Part shown: piece after piece, positions 25,246 through 35,409 of the stretch
Layout of the letters: each line of letters opens with the position of its first letter
Numbering within the stretch: the first letter of the stretch is position 1
Origin: a virus
Strand: one strand, 5' to 3'
DNA: 51,356 nucleotides
IMG/VR virus record: IMGVR_UViG_3300001202_000003
Coordinates: 1 to 51,356 of that record
Made by a program: the position numbers and the translations under genes
Notes under the pieces: generated by a model
The model's database searches: none
The model's input: only the letters and a program-made list of their open reading frames with translations
Told to the model about the DNA's origin: nothing

Positions 25246-26535
25246 ATGTCTATTATTGAACCTACTAAAAATGTGCACCCGCCTGCTTTGGAAATAGAAA
25301 AAACTACTGAAAAAGTTACTATTTTACAACTACAAGGAAAAGCTACACGTAATGACCCTGTTCAAGGGCAATTAGTAAAAGCTATTAAAAAGTCCGCTGA
25401 AAGTGCTGGTAATATATCACGTATTGAAATCTTTAGTGGTGGTCAAGAAAGTGCAGCTGAAATTAACTCTTTAGGTGTCGGTGGGCGTGTAGGCAGTGAT
25501 AGACATGATCACGGTAACGCTGCTGACTTTAGAGTATTTGATCTTAATGGTAAACTACTAGCTCCTGCTAGTGAAAAAGCTATTCCAACATTATCATCAT
25601 TTGTTTCTAATATGAGAAAAAATGGTATCACAGGAATTGGTGCCGGTCGTGGTTATATGGGTGGTATGGCTATACATGCTGGCTACGGGTCTACTACTGT
25701 CTGGGGTGCTAATGGTAAATCTGCTAATGCACCTGCTTGGTTAAGACAATCATTTTATAGTGCTAACCCAAACACTAATAAAAATAATAGATTAATATCT
25801 GACCGTGACAGAGATTTAATGATACGTACTATTATTGGCGAAGCCGCTGGTGAAAGTTCAGAAGGACAAGCTGCTGTTGCTCATGTAATATTAAACAGAG
25901 CTAATAGCTCCAGACACGGTAATACTATTGAAGATGTTGTTTTAGCTCCGGCACAATTTAGCGCTTGGAATGCTGTTACAGGCGGCGCTGGTGGTAGCGG
26001 TGCTAATAACCTCGTACGTTCTCACGGTCCTGACAGCGATTTATATAAATCAGTAGGTAATATTGTTGACGGTGTTACTAAAGGTAGTATTAATGATCCT
26101 TCTGGTGGAGCTACGCATTATTTCTCACCTGCTGGAATGACAGGCCGTAGAGCTCCTGATTGGTGGACAGAAGAAAGTCAGCGTGGTGGTGGTGCTATTA
26201 AAATCGGTGGTCATATTTTTGCAGGTAATCCTGATCTTGTGGGTAAAAACCAAGCTACTTTTAATTTTGACACAGGTAATAATAATATTAGTCGTGGGGA
26301 AATAGCTGCTAGGGAACAACAGTACAACAGGGCTAATAATCGTGAAAATACTAGCATTAATAATAATTCACATTTAAACGCTGAAAATAATAGAGCTAAT
26401 TTTTTAAATTCTTTTTTACAAGCTCAAGCTGACCAAGCTATTAGGTTAGATAGCGGTGCTTCAATCATCCAAGATGCTTTCAGTCAGATATCACAACAAA
26501 CAAGTAACGCTTTAGAAACAGCAGAAGAAGTTTAG
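25246..26535 (+). CDS. Virion-associated two-domain peptidoglycan hydrolase (M15-type peptidase plus SleB-like Hydrolase_2)
   Basis: N-terminal half has GSDRHDHGNAADF ... AIHAGYG, the HxxxxxxD...H zinc motif of M15 peptidases. C-terminal half has MIRTIIGEAAGESSEGQAAVAHVILNRANS ... APAQFSAWN ... GATHYFSP, as in SleB-type hydrolases. Confidence 0.8.
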   Translation: MSIIEPTKNVHPPALEIEKTTEKVTILQLQGKATRNDPVQGQLVKAIKKSAESAGNISRIEIFSGGQESAAEINSLGVGGRVGSDRHDHGNAADFRVFDLNGKLLAPASEKAIPTLSSFVSNMRKNGITGIGAGRGYMGGMAIHAGYGSTTVWGANGKSANAPAWLRQSFYSANPNTNKNNRLISDRDRDLMIRTIIGEAAGESSEGQAAVAHVILNRANSSRHGNTIEDVVLAPAQFSAWNAVTGGAGGSGANNLVRSHGPDSDLYKSVGNIVDGVTKGSINDPSGGATHYFSPAGMTGRRAPDWWTEESQRGGGAIKIGGHIFAGNPDLVGKNQATFNFDTGNNNISRGEIAAREQQYNRANNRENTSINNNSHLNAENNRANFLNSFLQAQADQAIRLDSGASIIQDAFSQISQQTSNALETAEEV

Positions 26536-26545
26536 GAATAATAAA

Positions 26546-26890
26546 ATGCCTAGTCAAGAAGAAAATAATCCTGTTGTTGTAAATATTAATGGTGCTGCTG
26601 TTCCTTCGCAAAGACCAGATGATTTAGTACCTGAGGGTGAGCCACAAGCACAATTACAACAATTGCCTAAGGGTGAAAATACTCCAACACCTTCACAACG
26701 ACCTATTGATTTTATGGACAATGCTATTCTAACAGGTCAAGCTATTAATGAGTTAAATAAACCCAGTACTAATGTCAATACTCGTAATGGTACTAACTTT
26801 ATTGAAGCTTTTAAAAATTCAGTAGGTGATAAATCAAGTGATAATGCCTCACGTGTTATGCTCGATTTTGGTAAGAACTTAGGGATGTAA
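26546..26890 (+). CDS. Hypothetical protein, 114 aa
   Basis: TAGGAATAA ribosome-binding site, in the operon. Confidence 0.55.
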   Translation: MPSQEENNPVVVNINGAAVPSQRPDDLVPEGEPQAQLQQLPKGENTPTPSQRPIDFMDNAILTGQAINELNKPSTNVNTRNGTNFIEAFKNSVGDKSSDNASRVMLDFGKNLGM

Positions 26891-26924
26891 TGTTGTTAAT
26901 GGTAGGCATGCCGTTTCTTCCCAA

Positions 26925-29153
26925 GTGTTACAAGCATACGGCGCGGCTGGTATTAAAATACCTAGACGTGTGCAATCATTAATGCAAGACTTAGACAACT
27001 TAGCCGCACACGCTAATACAGTAGCTCAAATGGACGATAGAGTTCGTTTAGAAGCTATTGGTCGTGGAATTAAATCATTTGATAGCTTAGTTATTCAAGA
27101 ACAAGAACAGGCTTTGCTTAGTGAGATAACAGGCCTTACTAATAATGTCACTTCTTTAAAAGATCAAATTGCGTTGCAAAAAGATCGTGCTGAATTAGAT
27201 GAACAATTAATTGATAATGCTGAAAGTAGTTTAGACCTAGAAGGCAAACAAATTTCTAGACAACTACAAAACTACACTGATGAACAATTAGATCATTTTA
27301 TTAATAATGAAAACACCAGTGGTTTACCTGTAGGTTTTATTGTTAATGAAAATAGACGCCGAGCTAAAGAAGAAGCTGAATTAATTAAAATACAGAATAC
27401 AAATACAGGCGTTAACACGGCTGCTAGAAGTTCTATCCTTGGGCAATTAGGTGATAGTGCTATTGTTGAAATAAGTAGACAACTAGAAGAACAAAATCAA
27501 AGCGGAGTAGTAATACCTAGTGTTGAAGTACAGGGTATTGATACTAAATTTACATTAAATGATGTTCGCAAAGAAGTTAAAGTTAGAGCCGAGCAGCAAC
27601 AAGAAGCTACCGATTTAGGAATTAATTCTGTAGGCAGAGCTAGTAGACAGAATGTAATAAATAAAAACAGAACTAACGCAGCTGGAGTTAGTATCAAACT
27701 TAATAGTTTAGAAAATTCAATTCCTAGTGTTGTTAATATTCCTGAGTTTGATGCGTTGGTTAATAAAATTGAACAGCAAGCAGAGACAGGTCAATTTGAT
27801 ATTAGTGAAAGTAACGCTAAAGAAATTGATACGTTGTTTGAAACTGTTGAAAGTAAGTCGCTTGATTTATTAAACTCTGATGCTGAAAAACAGTCAGTAG
27901 AGAGTATCATAAACTTTGGGCGAATTATAGATCGTGATGCCGCTGCTAATAGTTTTGTAGGTAAAACAGTTGAACGAGTTATTAATGACGCGCAAGAAGG
28001 TTCTTTCCGTAATGGCGGCTTGTATAGTGATTTGAATAATACGTGGTTAGCTTTACATAATGCTAATGTTAAAAGGGCTTCTGATAATGAAATTTCTTTT
28101 GTACAAGATTTAAGAAGCCGAGGACAAAAAGAAACTTCGCAACCTTTTACTAGTAGGCAGACAACGTTAGAAGACGAAACTAGCAGAGCTATTGCTAATG
28201 AACATTTCCGTAGAAATTATCGTGAGCTTTTGTTTGTTAATAAAAGCAAATTAATTATTGCCGATATGGTTAATACTATCCAAAATAATCAACCTTCTGG
28301 TGATAATAATGTCGCTCGCACACCGGAAGAAATGGCTAATTTAATAGGTATTGTTGATGAGCTTAATAATAATTTATTTGCAGGTTCGCCTGATGCTACT
28401 GAGTTCAGTAATATTGAAAATCGTAATAATGTCACTGCTATCCCTTTAACTGGCATATTCGCAGACGAAGAAGGTAACAACCAAGAGGTTACTCTTACTA
28501 ATCCTAATACTAATGAACCTATTCTAGTGCGTGATGTTAATGTCCGTGGTATTTTAGATACTTTATTTTCATTTGAAGAAAGACTTCGCGAAGCTGGTTT
28601 TGATTATGACTTAACACAAGAGTTTAATTTTGGTTTTACTGCTGAAACAGTACAACAAACAGTGCCTATTGCAGTACCTCAAAATGGTTCACAGCATGAA
28701 TTGCTGGCTTTAACTAATAAAACTTTTATGGAAAATAAAACAGCTACGCCAGAAGATTTATTAGCAAATGAAGCAAGGGCGGTATTTCATAGCTGGGCGC
28801 AAAATAGAACTTTTAATGTTAATCATATTGAAGAAACTCAAAGATTTCTTTCTGAGGCTCAGGGTATTAGTGACGAATTTTCGGGTAGAAGTTTACGTAA
28901 CATAAGGTCCGAAGACGGTAAAAAAGCTGTTAGAGTTAATAATTTACGCGAACAAGCTATCGAAAGATTGGTTACTGAACGCAGTTTAACCGGAGCTAGA
29001 ACAGTAAGGCGCGGCAGCAGAAGCGGAGCGGCTGTTGCTGACAGCGACAATACTACGCGCGAAAGCTTGCAGAATATGTCTATCACTGATTTATTTAATC
29101 AGGGCCTAATAGCACCATCACAACTAATCGACGCCTTGACAGAAAGCAACTAA
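26925..29153 (+). CDS. Internal virion or ejection protein candidate, 742 aa, rich in coiled coil
   Basis: GTG start is uncertain; the next in-frame ATG is 19 codons in. Gln/Glu/Asn-rich heptad-like sequence. Sits next to the giant protein. Confidence 0.55.
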   Translation: MLQAYGAAGIKIPRRVQSLMQDLDNLAAHANTVAQMDDRVRLEAIGRGIKSFDSLVIQEQEQALLSEITGLTNNVTSLKDQIALQKDRAELDEQLIDNAESSLDLEGKQISRQLQNYTDEQLDHFINNENTSGLPVGFIVNENRRRAKEEAELIKIQNTNTGVNTAARSSILGQLGDSAIVEISRQLEEQNQSGVVIPSVEVQGIDTKFTLNDVRKEVKVRAEQQQEATDLGINSVGRASRQNVINKNRTNAAGVSIKLNSLENSIPSVVNIPEFDALVNKIEQQAETGQFDISESNAKEIDTLFETVESKSLDLLNSDAEKQSVESIINFGRIIDRDAAANSFVGKTVERVINDAQEGSFRNGGLYSDLNNTWLALHNANVKRASDNEISFVQDLRSRGQKETSQPFTSRQTTLEDETSRAIANEHFRRNYRELLFVNKSKLIIADMVNTIQNNQPSGDNNVARTPEEMANLIGIVDELNNNLFAGSPDATEFSNIENRNNVTAIPLTGIFADEEGNNQEVTLTNPNTNEPILVRDVNVRGILDTLFSFEERLREAGFDYDLTQEFNFGFTAETVQQTVPIAVPQNGSQHELLALTNKTFMENKTATPEDLLANEARAVFHSWAQNRTFNVNHIEETQRFLSEAQGISDEFSGRSLRNIRSEDGKKAVRVNNLREQAIERLVTERSLTGARTVRRGSRSGAAVADSDNTTRESLQNMSITDLFNQGLIAPSQLIDALTESN

Positions 29154-29154
29154 A

Positions 29155-32100
29155 ATGTCCATGAGAGATTTCTTAGCTAATAACAGCAACTTTGAAGAAA
29201 CTGTCCGAGGTGATAATCAAGTATTTGAACAGTTCTTACAAACACCAGAAGAACGTGAAGAAGCAAATCAAACTACTTTTAGTGACATTGTTTTTTCACC
29301 CGCTGGTATTGCGTTAGGTGCTGCTGATACTTTATTACAAAGTATTGGTTTAGTTGATGAGAATGATGTAGGTAATGCATTACGTGGTATTTCTAGTGCT
29401 GCTGGTCAAATATACAATCGTAATCAAGATGGTTATAGGTTGCTAGGTGACATTGGTACAGCCTTTACTGGTGCTGGTTTAGCTACTAAATTATTAAGAG
29501 CGCCTAGCTTAGCAAGGACTTTAGCTACCGCTGGGCGTACTAGTAAAACTGCTAGACTTGCTGAAAAGCTTATAGTTAGTGACCAAGGTCGTGTTGATAA
29601 TTATGTTAATTTATTAACTAAGAAAGCCGTTGCTTTAGGTCAAGCAGGTATTCGCAATCCTATTAATGTTGAAAGTTTTAGGCAGTTAAATAATGCTACT
29701 AGGTTAAAACAATTTACTAATGATTTAAAAGAAGGCGTCGCTGCGGAAGCTTTTATCGCTACTTTTCAATCTGAAAGCGAATTGTTTTTTCCAGAAGGGC
29801 AGTCTTTTAGTGATGTTACTATAGGCGCTATTGGAGGCCTAGGTATTGGCAATGTTATCGGGCAAGCAATTGTAACCCCTGCCATTAAGAAAGCTGCCAG
29901 AGCCGGAGGTATTGCTGCTTCTAAACGTGGTGTCGAATATAGCACTAACCCAAGTACTAACTTTATCATAGCTGATGGCGTAGAACAAGAATTTCGTGAA
30001 GGTAAATTCGCAGATAATATTAACGCCCTTACTAATCAAGACGGTACTGTTAAGTCTGAAATAGATAATCAAATCACAGAAGCTCAAAGACAGAAAAACA
30101 ATTCAGTTGTAACGTTGCAACAAGCTGAACCTATTAAAGGTTTAAGCACTGTGATGCTTGGCGATGCTAATAAAAGTATCGTTAAATCTTTAGAAACTAT
30201 TACACAATCTGATCCTAGGCTTGGTGCTAATATTGTTAGTATAGAACCTGTTGAATTTTTATATGAGTTTAACGGTGCTAAAGGTCAAAATATTCTTAAA
30301 GAATTAAAACTTGAGCAAGCTGATCTTAATAAGCAGAGACTATCGGCTGCTGCTGGCATTGAAGAAAATTTAATAGATAGCAAACTAGAAAATGTTAATC
30401 GACAAATAGCTGATTTATCAGGTGACATTGTACCTTTAAAAGTAAATCAATTAGGTCTAGTTACTAGTGATATTAATTCAAGAACAGTCTTTGATGAAAA
30501 ACGTATTAGTACTAGTACAATACCACGTGAAATAAATAATAATAATATTGGTAAAACTATACATCTGACAAGGGTTGACGGTGGTGACAATGCTTTGCAA
30601 GCTGGTGTTGATGTTAGTGGTAAGATGTTTGTTCGCAAAGGTAAGAAACTAGAACAAATAAGTTCAAGCGCGGGGTTGGGTGATTATAATGGTAGTAAAA
30701 TTTACGCGGCACACAATAGAGCTTTGAATGATTTAGGTAAGATACTTCGTGGTGATGAGGGTGTCGTTCAACCTAGAGCTGCTACTAAAATTACTAAAGC
30801 AGACAGCTTTGAGACTTTAGACTACGTGCAGCAAGCTTTAAAATTATACGGTAATAATGGTGACTTTAAATCAATAGCTAAAGTTATTGACCTTTCAGAC
30901 TTTGAAGATATTAATGATATTAAATTTCACACAATAAATAAAAAGTTTGATAGATTTAAAAATATCTTTAGAAACTATGAAAATAATCTACGCAATGGAA
31001 ATGCTACGAATACACCGGTAGAAGATTTCAGCACACAATTGATGTTACCTGCTGGTGATGCAAACGGTACTAGCAACTATGTTACTGAATTTTTTCTTGA
31101 TGTTATTAAAGAGGGTAAAACCGTAGGCAAAGATTATAATGAATTGATGAATAACTTTACACAACATTTTGCAGCAGATGCTAGTGAAAGAACTGTGCAG
31201 GGTGTTCGTATTAATAATGGTTTGAATGCGGGTAATTTGTTAGAATTTGATTATATTGGTGCAATTAAAAGTAATAATGAAAGTTTTGCTTTAGCTCTTA
31301 GGCGTAACAGTGACGAAGATGAATTGATACCTGCTAGAGCTTTGAGTGATGTTGCACGTTTAACAGAAGAGCAAAGACAACTAGACTTAGGTGCGCGTAT
31401 TAGTAATGATAATGTTGCTGGTCCATTCCTTCAAATATTACATGATCAAACGCAAAATCTAGCGCCTCTTGTGGATGATATTAAAAGAGGTTCTAGCGAG
31501 CTAACACAAGGTGCTACTAGTAACCCTATATTTCCTAGACTTGGTAAGTTTAGTATTACAACGCAAGCTTTTGACAACAGAGGTGTTACTGGTGCTAATA
31601 GCGCAGATACTTTAAGTGATGTACTATCTCGTAACATGTCTGTAGCTAGTCGTAATTATATTCAAGAAAATATGCAAGGTGTTAGAGAGATTATTAAACC
31701 TGGAAATGAGGACAGTGCTTTTAATTTACTACTAGGCATAAGTGCGCTTAGACAAGGTTGGGATTTAGAAACGACAGTATTTGATGATCTAGGTAGATTA
31801 AAACTTAACCCTGATAGTGTTAGAAACAAGGCTATTGTCAATAGTAATAATGATTTAGTAAGAACTAAATATAATAATAAAGTTCCTGAGTTTTTACCTG
31901 ACATAGGTGTTGATAGTAATATACCTTTACGTTTTGATGAATTAGCTCAACGAAGTTTTAAAGAACTCAACGGTGTTAGTGATATCGATTGGAGCTTTAG
32001 AAATACATTGGCTAGAAATCTTAACACTACCGGGAGACAGTACAAAGTTGGACACGTTCCAATACCACGTAGTTACGAAGATAAGATATTCGTTGTTGAC

Positions 32101-34344
32101 AATACAGGCAGGCCAGTAGAGTATGTCGTAGTTGATACGCCTGAAAAGGCAAGGCGTGAAGCTTTAAAATTACAACAAGAATATAATCGTCGGGATAAAG
32201 ACGAAGGACGTAGCGGTGGTTATGGTATTGTTGACCGTAATTCAGTAGAAGAATACAAAAATTTAAATCATCAGGTAGTTACTAGCGATGTGTTGCGTAG
32301 TGGTACTGGTGATGGAGCTAAAGCTGCTGGAGAGCGTTCTGGTATAATTACTGATATTAAATATTTACAAAATATGTTTGATGAAACTAATGCTATTTTT
32401 GACGACATGAGAAAACAATACACAGTTACTCGTTTCGCTAATGAATTAGAAAATGTTCGTAGCTTACAAAGAATAGCTGCTGTTAATAATAGAGGGCTTA
32501 CTAATGTCTTTACAGGTGAAAGTGGCGATAGCTTTACTGACGTATTTAGCGGTTTTAGTAATTTGTTACTTGGTGATAATCAGCGCAATGTTGGAAGCCT
32601 TTACGGTGCTGCGGGGACTATAATGGATGAAGCATTTGCTAATTCTTGGAATGAAGCACGTAATTTATGGACTAAGTTAGTACCTGAACGTGGTGGCAAT
32701 AAAGCATTAAATGCTGCTGTTAAAAAATATGCTGAAAATAATAATCATAATCCAATTGAGTACGCGGCTAATATAGCTGCTAGAAGTATTAGCAAAGGTA
32801 GTGGGTTAACTAGTGATAAATTAGTTAGGCAGTTAGCAGGACTTACTACAGGGCTTGCCCTTAAATGGGGTGAAGTTGGGCATGCTGCTTTGACTACTGC
32901 TAGTATTTTAAGCACTACTCCACACGCTGTTAGATACGCCAAAGCTTTTGCTAATGAAACAGCAGAAGATTACGCTACTAGGGTAGGTCACACACATGAT
33001 TTTCTTGACGGTAGTCATGCTATGCCTAATCCAGTAAAGTTAACACTTAGTACTATTATGAAACGTATGCGCGGTGATTATAAAGATGTTTTAGCTAAAG
33101 CTGCTGAAAAAGGTTACACTGATGCTAAGATGGCTGAATTTGTAGATGAGTTTGCTGTTAAACGTGGTGGTAAAATTGGAGATGTATTAGCTAAAGCCGA
33201 TAAATATACAGGTTATGTTAGCACACAATCAGAAGCTTGGGCTAGAGAAACGGCGTTTTTAACTGGCTACGAAATGTATCGCAATATTGGTAAAAACAGT
33301 GAGGATATTTCTATGGCTATGGCTAATGTTATAGCTAATAGAGCTATCGCTGATTATAGACCGCATCAAAGAGCTGAATTGTTTAAAGGTACTGCCGGAG
33401 TGCCGCTGGCTATGTTCCAAACATTTGCTATTAATTATTTCCAAAGACTTGGAAGTGCTATTGAGAACAAAGCTTACGGCGCTGCATTTACACAAGCTGG
33501 AACTCAAGCAATGATGTTTGGCGGTCAATCAGTGCCGGGTTTTGAGTTGTTTAATGAAGTTTTATTAGAAAACTGGAATGAGACACGCAGACCAGAAGAT
33601 TTATTTCGTGAAGGTTTTGGTAATGAAAATTTAGGTAGGATGCTTTTATACGGAGCGCCTACTACTTTACCCTTAATGCTTGGCTTTGATAACGGTATTG
33701 CTTTACACAACCGTGGTGAAATGAGTTTGCCGAGAAATATAACACCTGCTACTATGTTCAATACTCCGTTTTTTAGCATGGCCAGTAGAACAGGCGAGGC
33801 TCTCAAACGTGGTTTTAATACTGCAATTGGAAATTTTGGGGAAGGCGGTGCTGACGCGCTCGCTGAAAGTTTAATATTCTCTGTGCCTAATAGACCTTTG
33901 AGGGGGTTATTAGATGTTACATTGCAAGGATACTCTACTAATGCACACGGTGATATTGTCAACGATGAACTTGATAGTATATTTGAAATTGGTACACATG
34001 TTACAGGTTTGCAGACCGTCAGGCAGGCTGAGAACGCAGCTTCTTTGTGGCGTGATAGACAACGTATTTTATCAGAACGTGCATCTATGGACCGCCTGAA
34101 CGCGGCTGTGACTGCTCGTATCCGTAGAAACGGATTAAACACTCTAACAAATACGGATATAGGTGAAATTTCAGAAGAATACTTTAGTAGTGGTGGAAGT
34201 GAACGCGGTTTTAAATCTTGGTTAAAACGAACTATTGCTAAAGCTGAAATTAGTAAAGTTGATAGAGAAGTGTTGAAAGCTATCCGTAGTACTAGAAACG
34301 GTAGAGACCTACAACACTTCTTAGGTATTGATGACGAAGAGTAA
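29155..34344 (+). CDS. Giant internal virion or ejection protein, 1729 aa
   Basis: Last and largest gene of the virion operon, starting 1 nt after the upstream stop. Analogous in position and size to podovirus core or ejection proteins. No enzymatic motif recognised. Confidence 0.6.
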   Translation: MSMRDFLANNSNFEETVRGDNQVFEQFLQTPEEREEANQTTFSDIVFSPAGIALGAADTLLQSIGLVDENDVGNALRGISSAAGQIYNRNQDGYRLLGDIGTAFTGAGLATKLLRAPSLARTLATAGRTSKTARLAEKLIVSDQGRVDNYVNLLTKKAVALGQAGIRNPINVESFRQLNNATRLKQFTNDLKEGVAAEAFIATFQSESELFFPEGQSFSDVTIGAIGGLGIGNVIGQAIVTPAIKKAARAGGIAASKRGVEYSTNPSTNFIIADGVEQEFREGKFADNINALTNQDGTVKSEIDNQITEAQRQKNNSVVTLQQAEPIKGLSTVMLGDANKSIVKSLETITQSDPRLGANIVSIEPVEFLYEFNGAKGQNILKELKLEQADLNKQRLSAAAGIEENLIDSKLENVNRQIADLSGDIVPLKVNQLGLVTSDINSRTVFDEKRISTSTIPREINNNNIGKTIHLTRVDGGDNALQAGVDVSGKMFVRKGKKLEQISSSAGLGDYNGSKIYAAHNRALNDLGKILRGDEGVVQPRAATKITKADSFETLDYVQQALKLYGNNGDFKSIAKVIDLSDFEDINDIKFHTINKKFDRFKNIFRNYENNLRNGNATNTPVEDFSTQLMLPAGDANGTSNYVTEFFLDVIKEGKTVGKDYNELMNNFTQHFAADASERTVQGVRINNGLNAGNLLEFDYIGAIKSNNESFALALRRNSDEDELIPARALSDVARLTEEQRQLDLGARISNDNVAGPFLQILHDQTQNLAPLVDDIKRGSSELTQGATSNPIFPRLGKFSITTQAFDNRGVTGANSADTLSDVLSRNMSVASRNYIQENMQGVREIIKPGNEDSAFNLLLGISALRQGWDLETTVFDDLGRLKLNPDSVRNKAIVNSNNDLVRTKYNNKVPEFLPDIGVDSNIPLRFDELAQRSFKELNGVSDIDWSFRNTLARNLNTTGRQYKVGHVPIPRSYEDKIFVVDNTGRPVEYVVVDTPEKARREALKLQQEYNRRDKDEGRSGGYGIVDRNSVEEYKNLNHQVVTSDVLRSGTGDGAKAAGERSGIITDIKYLQNMFDETNAIFDDMRKQYTVTRFANELENVRSLQRIAAVNNRGLTNVFTGESGDSFTDVFSGFSNLLLGDNQRNVGSLYGAAGTIMDEAFANSWNEARNLWTKLVPERGGNKALNAAVKKYAENNNHNPIEYAANIAARSISKGSGLTSDKLVRQLAGLTTGLALKWGEVGHAALTTASILSTTPHAVRYAKAFANETAEDYATRVGHTHDFLDGSHAMPNPVKLTLSTIMKRMRGDYKDVLAKAAEKGYTDAKMAEFVDEFAVKRGGKIGDVLAKADKYTGYVSTQSEAWARETAFLTGYEMYRNIGKNSEDISMAMANVIANRAIADYRPHQRAELFKGTAGVPLAMFQTFAINYFQRLGSAIENKAYGAAFTQAGTQAMMFGGQSVPGFELFNEVLLENWNETRRPEDLFREGFGNENLGRMLLYGAPTTLPLMLGFDNGIALHNRGEMSLPRNITPATMFNTPFFSMASRTGEALKRGFNTAIGNFGEGGADALAESLIFSVPNRPLRGLLDVTLQGYSTNAHGDIVNDELDSIFEIGTHVTGLQTVRQAENAASLWRDRQRILSERASMDRLNAAVTARIRRNGLNTLTNTDIGEISEEYFSSGGSERGFKSWLKRTIAKAEISKVDREVLKAIRSTRNGRDLQHFLGIDDEE

Positions 34345-34347
34345 ATT

Positions 34348-34836
34348 TTATTCTGCGAATAGTTTATTTGATCTACTTGTAGATTTTGATTTACGTAAAG
34401 GTTTTGTATTAGAAGTTACTTTAACTTCAGAAGTTTTTTCATTTTTAAATCTATCACTAGTTACTATTTGATGTTGTGTTACATTAATAGTTTTTTCGAA
34501 ATCTACTTTTTCAAATAGTTCTTCTGGAGATATATCTAAAATATCTCCAGCTACTACCAAACCAGCAATAGAACATTCAAGTTGATTTAGCCTCTCAACA
34601 GCTTTGGCCATAGTTTCTAAAAGTTTTGCTTTATTATTAATTAAAGTGTGTAGCCGTTCTGTTATAATAGCGCGTTCTTTTTTAGTGCTTTCAAAACTAT
34701 TAATTGCTTTTATATTAGCTGTGGCAGCTTGCGCTATTTCATTTTCCATGGAAATAACATTGCTCTCAGCTTTAATAGATTTATCAGTATTAGCTATCAG
34801 ATCTTGTACGTTTGATTGTTGCATTTGAGTATTCAT
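34348..34836 (-). CDS. Coiled-coil hypothetical protein, 162 aa
   Basis: Last gene of the minus-strand block. Its stop lies 3 nt from the stop of the convergent 1729-aa gene. Confidence 0.6.
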   Translation of the reverse strand: MNTQMQQSNVQDLIANTDKSIKAESNVISMENEIAQAATANIKAINSFESTKKERAIITERLHTLINNKAKLLETMAKAVERLNQLECSIAGLVVAGDILDISPEELFEKVDFEKTINVTQHQIVTSDRFKNEKTSEVKVTSNTKPLRKSKSTSRSNKLFAE

Positions 34837-34872
34837 ATTATTTTCCTTTGCTTTATTTGTGTTTGAGTTTAA

Positions 34873-35388
34873 TTAGTTGTAATAATATTTAGTTATTTTC
34901 TTGATATAGTTTTTAGTTTCACCAGGTATTTTACCATACCAGCGTGTACCTTTTGTAATATAACCTGGACCTGCGTTGTAGCAAATTAATGTTTTATTAA
35001 AATCGTTTTTGGCTTTACGTTGGCAGTCAGCTAGTTCTTTAGTCCCTACGTTTGCACCAGTAGAACATTTATACAGTTGACTCGGTTTAGTAATACCCCA
35101 TTTAGCAGCAGTATCTGGCATTACTTGCATAATACCTCTTGCTCGTTTACCTGTGTAGTTCCTAGGTCCGGTCAGTTTACACCGGCCATCGCTTTCAGCT
35201 TTAGCTACTGCAAGCGCTAAGTTGATATCACTTACTTTATTTATCTTAGCGTATTTTATTACTTGCTCGTAGCCTTTGCCTTGATACTGTTTAGTGTTAA
35301 TTTGTTTCTTTTGTTTAAGTGTTAATGCAGAGCACGACGATAGTGCCAACGATGCAAGTAACGTTGTTACGATTAATATTTTACGCAT
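34873..35388 (-). CDS. Lytic transglycosylase (SLT domain) with a lipoprotein signal peptide
   Basis: Lipobox LALSSC in MRKILIVTTLLASLALSSCSA. SLT motifs AKAESDG (catalytic Glu-Ser), GIMQVMP and CYNAGPGY. Confidence 0.85.
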   Translation of the reverse strand: MRKILIVTTLLASLALSSCSALTLKQKKQINTKQYQGKGYEQVIKYAKINKVSDINLALAVAKAESDGRCKLTGPRNYTGKRARGIMQVMPDTAAKWGITKPSQLYKCSTGANVGTKELADCQRKAKNDFNKTLICYNAGPGYITKGTRWYGKIPGETKNYIKKITKYYYN

Positions 35389-35409
35389 GACTTTACTTCC
35401 TTTATTATT

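Noticed and set aside
33525-34142. 205-aa minus-strand ORF, and many other 60-110-aa ORFs nested antisense inside large genes (for example 884..1117, 5106..5435, 19684..20013, 36540..36890)
   Set aside because: All lie entirely within longer, motif-supported genes on the opposite strand and lack start context. They are typical shadow ORFs.
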